DNA from: Myxococcales bacterium
Lineage (GTDB): Bacteria; Myxococcota_A; Polyangia; Polyangiales; DASUME01
Assembly (NCBI GenBank): GCA_047601445.1
Contig: JASGJH010000001.1
Span: 7,808,001 to 7,872,000, forward strand
Direction: 5' to 3'
Length of the DNA: 64,000 nucleotides
Shown: piece by piece, positions 31,094 through 41,494 of the stretch
Position numbering within the stretch: the stretch's first letter is position 1
How the letters are laid out: each line of letters starts with the position of its first letter
Notes under the pieces: generated by a model
What the model saw: the letters and a program-made list of their open reading frames with translations, nothing else
Database searches by the model: none
What the model was told of the DNA's origin: nothing
Program-made: the position numbers and the translations under genes

Positions 31094-33130
31094 ATGTTCG
31101 AGAGCGTACTCGTCGCCAACCGTGGTGAGATTGCCTGTCGCGTCATCCGCACCTTGGATCGCCTCGGCATTCGCAGCGTGGCTGTGTGCTCCGAGGCCGA
31201 TCGCGGCGCGCTCTTCACGCGCCTGGCGGATCAGGTCATCGAGATCGGCCCGGCCCCCGCGCGCGAGAGCTATCTGCGGGCAGACAGGGTGCTCGAGGCT
31301 GCCAGGCTGAGCGGCGCCCAGGCCATCCACCCTGGCTACGGCTTCCTCTCCGAGAACGCGGCGTTCGCCGAAGCGTGTGCGGCACAGGGGGTGCGCTTCA
31401 TCGGTCCGAGCCCACGCGCCATCGCAGCCATGGGCCTCAAGGACGCCGCCAAGGCCATGATGGAGCGTGCCGGCGTTCCCGTGGTGCCGGGCTATCACGG
31501 CGAACAGCAGGACCCGGCGCGGCTCGCTCAGGAGGCCGTGCGCATCGGCTTTCCAGTGCTCATCAAGGCCGTGGCCGGCGGCGGCGGCAAGGGCATGCGC
31601 CGCGTCGACCGGGCGGAGGACTTTCGGGCCGCTCTCGAGGGAGCCCAGCGCGAGGCCGCCGGCGCCTTCGGCGACGAGCGCGTGCTGATCGAAAAGTACC
31701 TCACCCGTCCGCGACACATCGAGCTCCAGGTCTTCGCCGACAGCCATGGCCACGCCGTGCACCTCTTCGAGCGCGACTGCTCACTCCAGCGGCGCCATCA
31801 AAAGGTACTCGAGGAGGCTCCCGCGCCGGGCATGTCGAGCGAGATGCGTGCGGCCATGGGAGCTGCCGCGGTCAAGGCCGCGCTCGCCATCGGCTACGAG
31901 GGAGCGGGCACGGTCGAGTTCATCGCGGACGTCTCGCAGGGCCTCCATCCCGACCGCTTCTACTTCATGGAGATGAACACGCGCCTGCAGGTGGAGCATC
32001 CGGTCACCGAGTGCATCACGGGGCTCGACCTGGTGGAGTGGCAGCTGCGTGTGGCAGCGGGCTCGCCCTTGCCGCTGAGTCAGGACCAGATTCCACTGCG
32101 TGGGCACGCCATCGAAGTGCGTCTGTATGCCGAGGATCCCGAGCAGGAGTATCTGCCCCAGACTGGACAGCTCCTCGAGCTCGCCTTGCCCGCGGCCGAC
32201 TCCCACGTGCGCGTGGACACCGGCGTCGTCGCCGGCGACAGCGTGAGCATTTTCTACGATCCGATGATCGCCAAGCTCATCGTGTGGGACCGCGACCGCA
32301 GCGCCGCTGCGCGGCAGCTCAATCATGCCCTGTCCAAGGTGGAGATCCTGGGACTCAAGACCAACACACGGCTCTTGAGCCAGCTCAGCGCGCACCCCGC
32401 CTTCCTCGCGGGCGACGTGCACACCGGCTTTCTGGGCGAGCACCAGGCGAGCTTGTTCGCCGTCGATCCCGCCCTCGACGAGCGGCTCTGGATCGCCTGC
32501 TGCGTCGGCTTGCTCGAGACCCGTCGGCGCGCGCGGCAAGAGGCGCTCCGTGGCACCATCGCCTCGCCGTGGGATGCCCTCGACGGCTTCCGCGTGAACG
32601 AGGGCTGTGTGGAGCGACTGCGCCTGCGCAGCGGTGAGCGCAGCGTGGAGCTCGCGATCCGCCACGAACGCATGGGCAGCGTGGTGAGCCTCGATGACGG
32701 CCGGTCGCGCAAGGCGTTCGCGCTGCGCGACGTGAGTCTGAGCGGCACGCGGCTCGACGTGATGGCGAATGGGCAGCGCCTGCGCGCCCGCTATGCCGAG
32801 CGCAGCGGCGAAGCGCACGTCTCGCTCGGCGGTCGCAGCCTGGTGGTGGAACATCCCTGGGCCGAGCGCGCCAAGGACCGCAGCGCTGAAGCCGGGGAGA
32901 GCGTGATCAAGGCACCCATGCCAGGCAAGATCATCGGAGTCCTGGTGTCGGCGCGCGAGCACGTGAAAGTGGGTACACCGCTGTTGCGGCTCGAGGCGAT
33001 GAAGATGGAGCACACCCTGAAGGCAAGTCTGGAAGGGGTCGTGAGCGAGCTTTCCGTGCAGTTGGGAGAGCAAGTGGAGGCCGGTAGCACGCTGTTGGTG
33101 CTCAAGGCCCTCGAGGAGGTCGGACCATGA
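31094..33130 (+). CDS. mccA: 3-methylcrotonyl-CoA carboxylase alpha subunit (biotin carboxylase + BCCP)
   Basis: [51 protein letters not shown]. Confidence 0.93.
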   Translation: MFESVLVANRGEIACRVIRTLDRLGIRSVAVCSEADRGALFTRLADQVIEIGPAPARESYLRADRVLEAARLSGAQAIHPGYGFLSENAAFAEACAAQGVRFIGPSPRAIAAMGLKDAAKAMMERAGVPVVPGYHGEQQDPARLAQEAVRIGFPVLIKAVAGGGGKGMRRVDRAEDFRAALEGAQREAAGAFGDERVLIEKYLTRPRHIELQVFADSHGHAVHLFERDCSLQRRHQKVLEEAPAPGMSSEMRAAMGAAAVKAALAIGYEGAGTVEFIADVSQGLHPDRFYFMEMNTRLQVEHPVTECITGLDLVEWQLRVAAGSPLPLSQDQIPLRGHAIEVRLYAEDPEQEYLPQTGQLLELALPAADSHVRVDTGVVAGDSVSIFYDPMIAKLIVWDRDRSAAARQLNHALSKVEILGLKTNTRLLSQLSAHPAFLAGDVHTGFLGEHQASLFAVDPALDERLWIACCVGLLETRRRARQEALRGTIASPWDALDGFRVNEGCVERLRLRSGERSVELAIRHERMGSVVSLDDGRSRKAFALRDVSLSGTRLDVMANGQRLRARYAERSGEAHVSLGGRSLVVEHPWAERAKDRSAEAGESVIKAPMPGKIIGVLVSAREHVKVGTPLLRLEAMKMEHTLKASLEGVVSELSVQLGEQVEAGSTLLVLKALEEVGP

Positions 33131-34302
33131 CGAACGTGATCAACACATTGAGCCTGAACCATGGGCTCGGTGAAGAACTCGACGCGCTTCGCGAATCCGT
33201 ACGGTCCTTTTGCGCCAAACACGTGGGCCCGCGGGCCGCCGAGATCGACCAGACCAACACGTTCCCGCGCGACCTGTGGCCGCGCTTCGGCGAACTCGGG
33301 CTGCTCGGTATCACGGTCAGTGAAGCCCATGGCGGCGCAGGGCTCGGCTACTTGGCTCATTGCGTGGTGATGGAGGAAATCTCCCGCTTCAGCGCCAGCG
33401 TCGGGCTTTCCTATGGCGCTCACTCGAACCTCTGCGTGAACCAGATCTTCCGCCACGGCACCGCGGCCCAGCGCAAGCAGTACTTGCCCAAGCTCATCTC
33501 CGGCGAACACGTTGGCGCCTTGGCCATGAGCGAGCCCGGCTCCGGCAGCGACGTGGTCAGCATGCGGACCACCGCCGAGCGCCGCGGCGACAAGTACGTC
33601 CTCAACGGTCAGAAGATGTGGATCACCAACGGTCCCGACGCCGAGGTGTTGGTGGTTTACGCCAAGACCGAGCCCACGGCGAAGAGTCGAGGCATCACCG
33701 CGTTCCTGGTCGAGAAGGGCATGCGCGGCTTCAGCACCGCCCAGAAGCTCGACAAGCTCGGGATGCGCGGCTCCAACACCTGCGAGCTCGTGTTCGAGGA
33801 TTGCGAGGTGCCGGTCCACAACGTGCTCGGAGAGCTGAACGAGGGCGTCAAGGTGCTGATGAGCGGCCTCGACTACGAGCGCGTCGTGCTGTCGGCCGGG
33901 CCGCTCGGCATCATGCAGGCCTGCCTCGATGCGGTGCTCCCTTACGTGCACCAGCGCAAGCAGTTCGGGACGCCGATCGGACAGTTTCAGCTCATCCAGG
34001 CAAAGCTCGCCGACATGTACAGCACGCTCAGCGCCTGCCGGGCCTATGTGTACACCGTGGCGCGCGCCTGCGACCGCGGCGAGAGCGCCCGCAAAGACGC
34101 GGCAGGCTGCATCTTGTACGCCGCGGAGAAGGCCACCTGGTGCGCGCTCGAGGCCATCCAAGCCTTGGGGGGGAACGGCTATATCAACGACTTCCCGGTC
34201 GGCCGCCTACTGCGCGACGCCAAGCTCTACGAGATTGGTGCCGGGACGAGCGAGATTCGGCGCATGTTGATCGGTCGCGAACTGTACGACCAGAGCGCCT
34301 GA
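33127..34302 (+). CDS. ivd: Isovaleryl-CoA dehydrogenase
   Basis: [44 protein letters not shown]. Confidence 0.95.
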   Translation: MTNVINTLSLNHGLGEELDALRESVRSFCAKHVGPRAAEIDQTNTFPRDLWPRFGELGLLGITVSEAHGGAGLGYLAHCVVMEEISRFSASVGLSYGAHSNLCVNQIFRHGTAAQRKQYLPKLISGEHVGALAMSEPGSGSDVVSMRTTAERRGDKYVLNGQKMWITNGPDAEVLVVYAKTEPTAKSRGITAFLVEKGMRGFSTAQKLDKLGMRGSNTCELVFEDCEVPVHNVLGELNEGVKVLMSGLDYERVVLSAGPLGIMQACLDAVLPYVHQRKQFGTPIGQFQLIQAKLADMYSTLSACRAYVYTVARACDRGESARKDAAGCILYAAEKATWCALEAIQALGGNGYINDFPVGRLLRDAKLYEIGAGTSEIRRMLIGRELYDQSA

Positions 34303-34321
34303 GCACCGCATCCAGGCTTTC

Positions 34322-34499
34322 GGCCCATCCGTGAGCACGGCGAACCTCGGCGAGGGGGCGGGTCCCAGTGCAGTGAGCGTAGCGAACCTCGCGCCGGGGT
34401 GGGTCCCGTCGCAGTTTTGCGGCGACGGGTGGGGAGGTCGCGTGACCTCCCCGCAAACAACCGCGCTGGGCGGCGAGGGCGCGGCCCCGTCAAAAGAAC
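34322..34499. repeat. Dispersed structured intergenic repeat, copy 2, with partial duplications of both ends
   Basis: Partial 5' copy 34322-34373, full copy 34375-34458 matching 2016-2098, degenerate 3' hairpin ~34468-34499. Confidence 0.8.
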
Positions 34500-34547
34500 C
34501 GCGTGCGGGGACTTGCGCGGAGCACGCTTTTGCGGTTCCTTCTGCGG

Positions 34548-35084
34548 GTGACTCTCCCCATTCGACTCTTGCGCACCTCGGAGCTCCGAGCGGTGGCCGC
34601 GCACATCGAACGGCATGCCCTTGAGTCTGGACGCGGCGAGGACCTGGTGTTCGCACCATTCCTCGAGTTCGATCGCGAGGCCTACCAGGAAAGCCGTTAC
34701 GAGAGTTGGCGCCGCGCCGTGGACGTGCCTGGCTGGGAGCGCTGCTGGGCCTTCTTCGAGGGCGACCGGGTGGTGGGCCACGCGGATCTGTCCGGTGCCG
34801 CGCTGTACTCCGGGTTGCATCGTGCCCGGCTTGGCATCGGCGTGGAGCGCAAGTTCCGCGGGCAAGGTAAGGGCAGCGCACTCCTGCGCACGGTGCTGGA
34901 GTGGGCGCGTCGCGAGCCTGACCTTGCGTGGGTGGACCTGTCTGTGTTCGCGCACAACGAGCGGGCGCAAAAGCTCTACCTGAGCCTCGGCTTCCGCGAA
35001 GTGGGCCGCACCCACGACGCCTACCGGCTCAACGGCCTCTCCATCGATGACGTTCACATGGTGCTCAACGTGGAGTCGCGTTAG
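34548..35084 (+). CDS. GNAT family N-acetyltransferase (start uncertain)
   Basis: LGIGVERKFRGQGKGSALL, VFAHNERAQKLYLSLGF. Confidence 0.88.
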   Translation: MTLPIRLLRTSELRAVAAHIERHALESGRGEDLVFAPFLEFDREAYQESRYESWRRAVDVPGWERCWAFFEGDRVVGHADLSGAALYSGLHRARLGIGVERKFRGQGKGSALLRTVLEWARREPDLAWVDLSVFAHNERAQKLYLSLGFREVGRTHDAYRLNGLSIDDVHMVLNVESR

Positions 35085-35135
35085 CGGCAACAGCCGGGGG
35101 GCGACGGCGCCGCGAGTCCAGGCAAACTCACGCCA

Positions 35136-35510
35136 CTAGTTCTTCACGCTGATCTCCAGCACCGCTCGCTTCTTCTTCTTGCCGGCCAGGCCCGAGAAGA
35201 AGTCGAGCACCCGCATCTGCAGACCATACTTCCTGCGCAACACGGCGTACGCGCGCTCTTCCTGCTGGTGGTCACTCAAGACCACGCAGGTGGCCTCGCT
35301 CCATGGCCCCAGCACCTTGCCGCGCACGTCGCATTTGGCGACGCGTACGTTGGGGTTCCTGCGAATCCGCTTCACCTTGAAGGACTCGCCCTCCGTGAAC
35401 ACCACGATCTTGCCGTCCAACGGGGCGCACCAGACCGGTGTCTTCACGCCGTTGCCGTCCTTCTTGAAGCTCTCGAGATTGATGTAGCGCTCTTCTGCCA
35501 GGTTCGACAT
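35136..35510 (-). CDS. PPOX-class (F420-type) oxidoreductase-like protein
   Basis: YINLESFKKDGNGVKTPVW, KVKRIRRNPNVRVAKCDVRG. Confidence 0.85.
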   Translation of the reverse strand: MSNLAEERYINLESFKKDGNGVKTPVWCAPLDGKIVVFTEGESFKVKRIRRNPNVRVAKCDVRGKVLGPWSEATCVVLSDHQQEERAYAVLRRKYGLQMRVLDFFSGLAGKKKKRAVLEISVKN

Positions 35511-35528
35511 GAGCACTGCTCTACCGCA

Positions 35529-36960
35529 TCAGTTCGGCGTTCGTATAGCCAGTAGTCGCAGCTCGCTCATGTCTTCGATGGCGTAGCGCACCCCTTCGCG
35601 ACCGAGCCCGCTGTCCTTGACCCCACCGTAGGGCATGTGGTCGACGCGGAAGCTCGGAATATCCCCCACCATCACACCGCCCACTTCCAGGCGGTCCCAG
35701 GCACGCTGCACCTTGTAGATATCCCGCGTAAACACGCCAGCTTGCAGCCCAAAGTCGCCCTGGTTCACCTCCGTCAGGGCCGCCTCGAACTCCTCGAAGC
35801 GGGACAGCACCGCTACCGGTCCGAAGGCTTCCTTGCACACCAGACGCTCCTGCCTGGGCACGTCCTCGAGCAGCGTGGCCTCCAGCATCGCTCCCTCGCG
35901 GCGCCCGCCACACAGGAGCTTTCCGCCCGCGCGCTGGGCGCTCTCGATCCAGTCGGTGAGGCGCTGGGCTTCCTTCTCGCTGATCATGGGCCCGATGAAC
36001 GTGTCCTCGCGCTTGGGGTCACCCATCTTGAGGTTGCGGGTCTTCTCGACCAGGAGCTGCTTGAAGGCGTCGTACACCCGCGCGTGCACCAAGATGCGTT
36101 GCACGCTGATGCAACTCTGGCCGCTCTGGTAAAAGGCTCCGAACACGATGCGCTCCACCGCGTCCTTGAGGTCGGTATCGGCGTCCACGATCACCGCGGC
36201 GTTGCCGCCCAGCTCGAGCACAACCTTCTTCTTGCCCGCCCGCGCCTTCGAGATCCCAACCCACCTCAGGTGAGCCCGTGAAGCTGAGCAGCTTGAGACG
36301 TTCGTCGGTGGTGAACAGGTCGGCTCCCTCCCGATGTGCGGGCAGGATCGAAAAGGCACCACGCGGCAGCTTGGTCTCGGCCAACACCTCGCCGATCAAC
36401 AGCGCGCCAATCGGCGTGAGGCTGGCGGGCTTCAGCACGAACGGGCAGCCCACGGCGATGGCCGGCGCGATCTTGTGAGCGGCCAGGTTCAGCGGGAAGT
36501 TGAAGGGCGAGATGAAGGAGCAGGGCCCGATGGGCACGCGCTTCACCATGCCCAGGTAACCCTTGGCGCGCGCGCTGATATCGAGCGGAAGCACTTCACC
36601 GGTGATGCGGGTGCTCTCTTCGGCGGCCACGCGGAAGGTGTCGATCAGGCGCGTCACCTCACCGCGCGCGTCCTTGATGGGCTTACCGGCTTCGATGCAC
36701 AGGGCCAACGCGAGTTCTTCAGCTCGCTCCCGGAAGCGCGCCACGCAATGGTCGAGCACATCGCGACGCTCGTAGCTCGCCAGGGCTCGCATGGGCTCCT
36801 GGGCTTCCACGGCCAGGGCGATCGCTCGCTCGATGGCGCCCCGATCGGCGAGCGCCACACGCGTCACGATTTGCCCGGAGAACTTGTCGGTGACGGCCAG
36901 GTCCTGGTTGGCGTGGACGGGCTGGTTACCGAGGTAATAGGGGTAGCTGGGCTTGAGCAT
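35529..36960 (-). pseudogene. Aldehyde dehydrogenase split by a +1 frameshift (pseudogene or sequencing error)
   Basis: One frame gives PFNFPLNL..SFTGSPEVGWDL, another continues KARAGKKKVVLELGGN..GQSCIS..EAFGP. Extra base in GATCTCGAAG at 36249-36250; span 1432 = 3n+1. Confidence 0.88.
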
Positions 36961-37096
36961 GTTGGGGAGCTTGCCAAACCGGCTCGTTCGCGCCATTCGT
37001 CATTTTTGTCCGGATAGCCGGATGTCTCGCGTCTGATCACCCGGCGCTGTGGACGCCTCTCACGGCGTGGTCCGCTCCCAGGGGTGCTCGCTCAGC

Positions 37097-37285
37097 TCAG
37101 GTGTTGCTCTCGGGGTCGAGCTTGTGACCGTCGATGCGCTTGTTCTCGAGCTCACGCTTCTTCTCGAGCAAGCTGCGTTCGGCACCGCTGAGGCCGTGCT
37201 TGAGCCGGCGCTGCTGCGAGAGCTTCTCCTTGGTCTCGCGGGCCTTCTTCTTGCGATACTTGTTGAGGTTCACCACGTCGCCCAT
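37097..37285 (-). CDS. DUF4169-like small basic protein
   Basis: MGDVVNLNKYRKKKAR...KHG...AER...IDGHK. Confidence 0.8.
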   Translation of the reverse strand: MGDVVNLNKYRKKKARETKEKLSQQRRLKHGLSGAERSLLEKKRELENKRIDGHKLDPESNT

Positions 37286-37362
37286 GGTCTGCACCCTACC
37301 ACCGATGTCGCCATGATGGATCGGTGGCGTGTGCGATTCGTGGGGTCAGCGGCGCAGTCCGC

Positions 37363-38487
37363 TCACGCGGCGCTCGACGCGAGCTCCTGCGAAATCGCGA
37401 GGAGCTCCGCATCGAATGGCGACGCGAAATCGCCGGGAGCTGCTCGCGGCGCGAGCAACTCGCCCAGGAAGCTGCGCGTGTCTTCCCACAGGAGCTTGCT
37501 GGAAGCGCGCCACCACATCGCGTGAAATGCATGAATTTCGCCAGGATAGTAGTGGGCTCGGTGGTCCACGCCGCGCGCGCGCAGCGCAACTTCGAGGCGC
37601 TCGGAGTCGTGGAGCAGCGGATCGGCGGTGCCGCACGTGACCAAAAATGGAGGCAGCGGTCGCGCGAAGGCCTCTGAACTCTCGAGCAGGCGTAGCGGGT
37701 CCGCCAAGTCGTGCTCTCCCGCATAGTGGGCCGGCTTCGGCAGGTAGGAGCGCCCGATTTGTTCGATGGCTTGTTTCGTGACGAACCAACTGCGCTTGGC
37801 GAGCGCGCGAAAGCGGCCAGCATTGGAGACTTCGAAGAAGCCGCATGCAGCGAGCACCGCAACCGGTACGCGATGTCTGCGAAACACGGCGCGTGCCCAA
37901 GGCTCGGGACGCTCCACGCAGGTGGCCATGGCGAGGCTCGTCACCAAGTTTCCGCCGGCTGACTCGCCGGCCACCACGATGCGGCTGTGGTCTCCGCCGA
38001 AACGCTCGGCGTTATCCAGCACCCAGAGGTAAGCGGAGCAGACGTCTTCCAGACCCGCAGGAAAGGGATGCTCGGGGGCGAGGCGATAGTTGATGTTGAA
38101 GACCACGTAGCCGGCGCGGGCGAACTGCCCGGCCATCATCCAGTGGGTCTCTTTGGAGCAGGTCTCGAAACCGCCGCCGTGCACGTAAAGCACCACCGGC
38201 AAGCCCGCGCGGTGGTCCGCGTCGCGTGGGCGCACGACGTCGAGCGTGTGCGACGAATCACCGCTCCCCAAGTACGGCACGTCCTTGATGATCTGAACGT
38301 TGTTCCGAGAGAGGAACGCCTGCACCGGCGCCGACAGCCCCACCAATCGCGCTACGCCGCGCACCACGTCGAGCCCGACGCGTTCGGCGACGAGCAAGGG
38401 ATGTCGGAGCGAGAGTGGGCCGGGAAGAGGACGCAGCGCAGGGTTGGAAGCACGAGCAAAGCCGAAAGGCGCCGCGGCCATGACCAT
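37363..38487 (-). CDS. Alpha/beta hydrolase (HSL-family esterase/lipase)
   Basis: YVHGGGF, NYRLAPEHPFPA, GESAGG, DPL, HAF. Confidence 0.92.
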   Translation of the reverse strand: MVMAAAPFGFARASNPALRPLPGPLSLRHPLLVAERVGLDVVRGVARLVGLSAPVQAFLSRNNVQIIKDVPYLGSGDSSHTLDVVRPRDADHRAGLPVVLYVHGGGFETCSKETHWMMAGQFARAGYVVFNINYRLAPEHPFPAGLEDVCSAYLWVLDNAERFGGDHSRIVVAGESAGGNLVTSLAMATCVERPEPWARAVFRRHRVPVAVLAACGFFEVSNAGRFRALAKRSWFVTKQAIEQIGRSYLPKPAHYAGEHDLADPLRLLESSEAFARPLPPFLVTCGTADPLLHDSERLEVALRARGVDHRAHYYPGEIHAFHAMWWRASSKLLWEDTRSFLGELLAPRAAPGDFASPFDAELLAISQELASSAA

Positions 38488-38671
38488 CGTTCAATCCTCC
38501 GAGCAACACCAGCCCGGGGCGGGTCTGGCGCTTCGTAACAGATTCGTAATCGGACAGCCCAACGTCGTTAACTATCGCCACCCGCTTGGAACAACTCAAC
38601 TTCCAGAACGGGAGTGGCACGAATTCGCTGGGTGTAACGCACACTACGGAGATCAGGTGGGCAGTGTGGGC

Positions 38672-39664
38672 TCACAGGCTCTGGGCGCCGAGGCTGACCT
38701 GAGTGCGCGCCATGGTCTGGCCCAGCCCGGTCTCCACGCTGCACTGCACGATGCCCTCCGCCGCGCGCGGCAGGGAGGCGCGCGACCAGGTGCGAAAGCC
38801 TGCTCGACGCCCGCCCTCGACCTTGAGTTCAAGCCGATAGAACTCGGTGCCGTTGAGACTCCACACGTGAAAAAGCCTGTCTTTGAGGCCATGTGGCGCG
38901 CGCACCGCGCTGAAGCACACCAGGGCGCCGGGCGAGCGCGCGAAGTGAGCGTGCGGATCGATCAAGGTGCGGTCGACGACCTGGGTGCCGATGCCGGAAG
39001 ACATCACGCGCAAGGGAGCCGGAGGCACGGCGCTGATGCCGCCCACCGCCAACAGCAGCGGCACCGAAAGCCCGACCAGCAGCGCGCTCAGGCGCTGCCG
39101 CCCCAGGGCGCCCCCTGCGATGTGCACGGCGGGAATGGCGAACCCCACCACCCCTGCGGTGATCCAGGCTGCCGTTCGGTGCGGCACGCCGAGCATCGGC
39201 AGCGCGGCGTTGAAGCCGACGAAGCTGGCGAATGCGAGCAGTGCTGGCCCGAACACCGGCTTGAGCAAGGCGCGCGAGCACCATGGGTCCCAGGCAGAAA
39301 TCGCCAGCGCGACCACGAACAGTGCTCCGAAGGCGCATTGCAGAGGGGTGAAGACGCTGGCCTGGAAATAGAAGGGTGCGCTGAAGAACAACGGCAGCTG
39401 CAGCAGCGACTGACTGGCGGCCGTCGAACCGAATCGCAGCAGCTTGTGCAGACGACCGTAGGGCTTCGCCTGGGGCGTGGAGGGCAGTCGATGCGCAAAA
39501 CTCAAGACCACGAACACGAGCCAACTGCCGGCGGCGGCTGCCGCGACCCAGGGCCCCTGCGCTTCGCTGCGATCCATCCACACCGCGCTCACGATGCTCG
39601 TGCCGAGCGACACCCATGGCATCGCGCGTTCACTCGCGGCGAGCAGGCGTGCCCAGCGCGACAC
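38672..39664 (-). CDS. Membrane protein with C-terminal DUF2914-like domain (start uncertain)
   Basis: Several TM segments, then CFSAVRAP..LFHVW..GGRRAGFRTWS. The frame is open to 39790, but that overlaps the divergent gene. Confidence 0.7.
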   Translation of the reverse strand: MSRWARLLAASERAMPWVSLGTSIVSAVWMDRSEAQGPWVAAAAAGSWLVFVVLSFAHRLPSTPQAKPYGRLHKLLRFGSTAASQSLLQLPLFFSAPFYFQASVFTPLQCAFGALFVVALAISAWDPWCSRALLKPVFGPALLAFASFVGFNAALPMLGVPHRTAAWITAGVVGFAIPAVHIAGGALGRQRLSALLVGLSVPLLLAVGGISAVPPAPLRVMSSGIGTQVVDRTLIDPHAHFARSPGALVCFSAVRAPHGLKDRLFHVWSLNGTEFYRLELKVEGGRRAGFRTWSRASLPRAAEGIVQCSVETGLGQTMARTQVSLGAQSL

Positions 39665-39788
39665 CGGAGCAGACTTGGGAGCCTCATCCTGGCGAGGGGA
39701 CAGCGGTGGTGACGTGGGGGCCGACACGAGCCGTAGTACTAGCGCGCGCTGCTTGCTCGTGGCCTGGATTTGACGTAGTCGCAGCTCC

Positions 39789-39998
39789 ATGGAGTTGGAA
39801 GCGGCCCTGGTTCAGGCGAGCGAAGAGTTTGGTCTCCAGAGCTACTACCGCGACTGCGTACGCCCTTTGCTCTACCAACCCCGTGAGCAGTGGCCCGGCT
39901 GCTGTGGCGGCGGCTGCGAACCCTGTGCACAAACCCTGGTTTCGGTGGCCGACCGGGTGCTCACGTTGATCGGCAAGGAATCCGCGCGCGACCTGTGA
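39789..39998 (+). CDS. Small Cys-cluster protein (oxidoreductase-like CCxxGCxPC motif)
   Basis: WPGCCGGGCEPC in 69 aa; stop abuts the glmU stop. Confidence 0.65.
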   Translation: MELEAALVQASEEFGLQSYYRDCVRPLLYQPREQWPGCCGGGCEPCAQTLVSVADRVLTLIGKESARDL

Positions 39999-39999
39999 G

Positions 40000-41415
40000 T
40001 CAGCGCTTCTTGGCGGCTTCTTTTTGAGCCTTGAGCTTGGCTCGCAGACGGGGCGCGTAGTTTTCCTTGTTGCTCTGGCGTGCGCGACCCACCGCGAGGG
40101 CATCGGCGGGCACGTCCAGCGTCACCGTGGTGCCGGTGCCCACGTAGGCTCCCTTGCCCACGCGAATCGGCGCGACGAGCTGCGAGTCGCTGCCGATGAA
40201 CACGCCGTCTTCGAGCACGGTCTGGTGCTTCTGGACGCCGTCGTAGTTGCAGAAGATGGTGCCGGCGCCGACGTTGACGTCGTTGCCGATTTGGCCATCG
40301 CCGAGATAGGCGAGGTGGTTGGCCTTGCTGCCGCGACCGAGGCGGGTCTTCTTCATCTCCACGAAGTTGCCGATATGCGAGTCGGCTTCCATCACGCTCT
40401 CGGGGCGCAGATGCGAGAACGGCCCCGCCTGCGCGTCTTCTCCGATGCTGCTCTCGGTGGCCACCGTGTAGGGTTTCAAGTAGGCGCCACGGGCCACGCG
40501 CACGTCGGTCAGCACGCAGCCGGTATCGATGCGCGCGCCCGAAGCGATCACGCTCGCACCCCGGATGTGCACGTTGGCTTCGAGGACGGCATCGGGCTCC
40601 ACCACCGCTCGGGCATCGACGTAAACCGCACGCAGGTCCCTCACCGTCACCCCCGAGCGCGCGAGTTGCGTCGCGCGGCGCAGCCTGAGCGCCGACTCGC
40701 ACTCGGCGAGCTGGGCGCGATCGTTCACGCCCTGCGTGTCTTCGAAAGGCCAGTCGATGGTCGTAACGCCACCCTGCGTCGCAGCCTGCTCCACGACATC
40801 CGTCATGTAGAGCTCGCCCTGCGCGTTGTTCGTGGACAGCTTTGCCAGCGCATCGCGCAGGAAAGGCGCCCGAATGGCGTAGACGCCTGGATTCACCTCG
40901 CAGATGGCGCGCTCTTCCGGGCTCGCGTCCTTGTGCTCACGAATGCGCAGCACGCGCCCGTCCGAGTCACGCACGATGCGTCCATACCCAGTCGGGTCGC
41001 TGACCTGACTCGTCAGCATCACGAGCGAACCCGAGCTCTTTTCGGCCGCTTCGATCAGCGTGCGGATGAGTCCGGCGTGCACGAGCGGGGTGTCCCCAAA
41101 AAGAACCACGACCCAATCGCGAAAATCAGTCAGCCCGGTCAGGCCAGCGCGCGTGGCGTCGCCGGTGCCGAGCTGGCGCTCCTGGACCGCAGTGCTCACG
41201 CGCGCGTCGAAGCGCTCTGCGACGTCGCGCTCGAGCTGCTCGCGGCCGTGTCCGACCACCAGCACCACGCGCCGAATGCTCGCTTCCAGGGCGGCGCGCG
41301 TCACGTGGGCATACATGGGAAGTCCGATCAGGGGGTGCAGGACCTTGGGGAGGGTACTGCGCATTCGCGTGCCCTGGCCGGCCGCGAGGATCACCGCTGC
41401 GAACTCCGAACTCAT
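40000..41415 (-). CDS. glmU: Bifunctional UDP-GlcNAc pyrophosphorylase / glucosamine-1-P acetyltransferase
   Basis: LAAGQGTRMRS..PKVLH, QLGTG, GYGRIVR, GNFVEMKK, CNYDG. Confidence 0.97.
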   Translation of the reverse strand: MSSEFAAVILAAGQGTRMRSTLPKVLHPLIGLPMYAHVTRAALEASIRRVVLVVGHGREQLERDVAERFDARVSTAVQERQLGTGDATRAGLTGLTDFRDWVVVLFGDTPLVHAGLIRTLIEAAEKSSGSLVMLTSQVSDPTGYGRIVRDSDGRVLRIREHKDASPEERAICEVNPGVYAIRAPFLRDALAKLSTNNAQGELYMTDVVEQAATQGGVTTIDWPFEDTQGVNDRAQLAECESALRLRRATQLARSGVTVRDLRAVYVDARAVVEPDAVLEANVHIRGASVIASGARIDTGCVLTDVRVARGAYLKPYTVATESSIGEDAQAGPFSHLRPESVMEADSHIGNFVEMKKTRLGRGSKANHLAYLGDGQIGNDVNVGAGTIFCNYDGVQKHQTVLEDGVFIGSDSQLVAPIRVGKGAYVGTGTTVTLDVPADALAVGRARQSNKENYAPRLRAKLKAQKEAAKKR

Positions 41416-41494
41416 ATGAGGCAATCTAGGGGACTAGCCGCATTTGGCGAGCACCAAGTCGCAACTTGCCACAGCGACAAGGAGGTGGATGAAG

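Noticed and set aside
38615..38630. TGGCACG as a sigma54 promoter (also TGGCAC at ~17639)
   Set aside because: GG-to-GC spacing is not the required 10 nt
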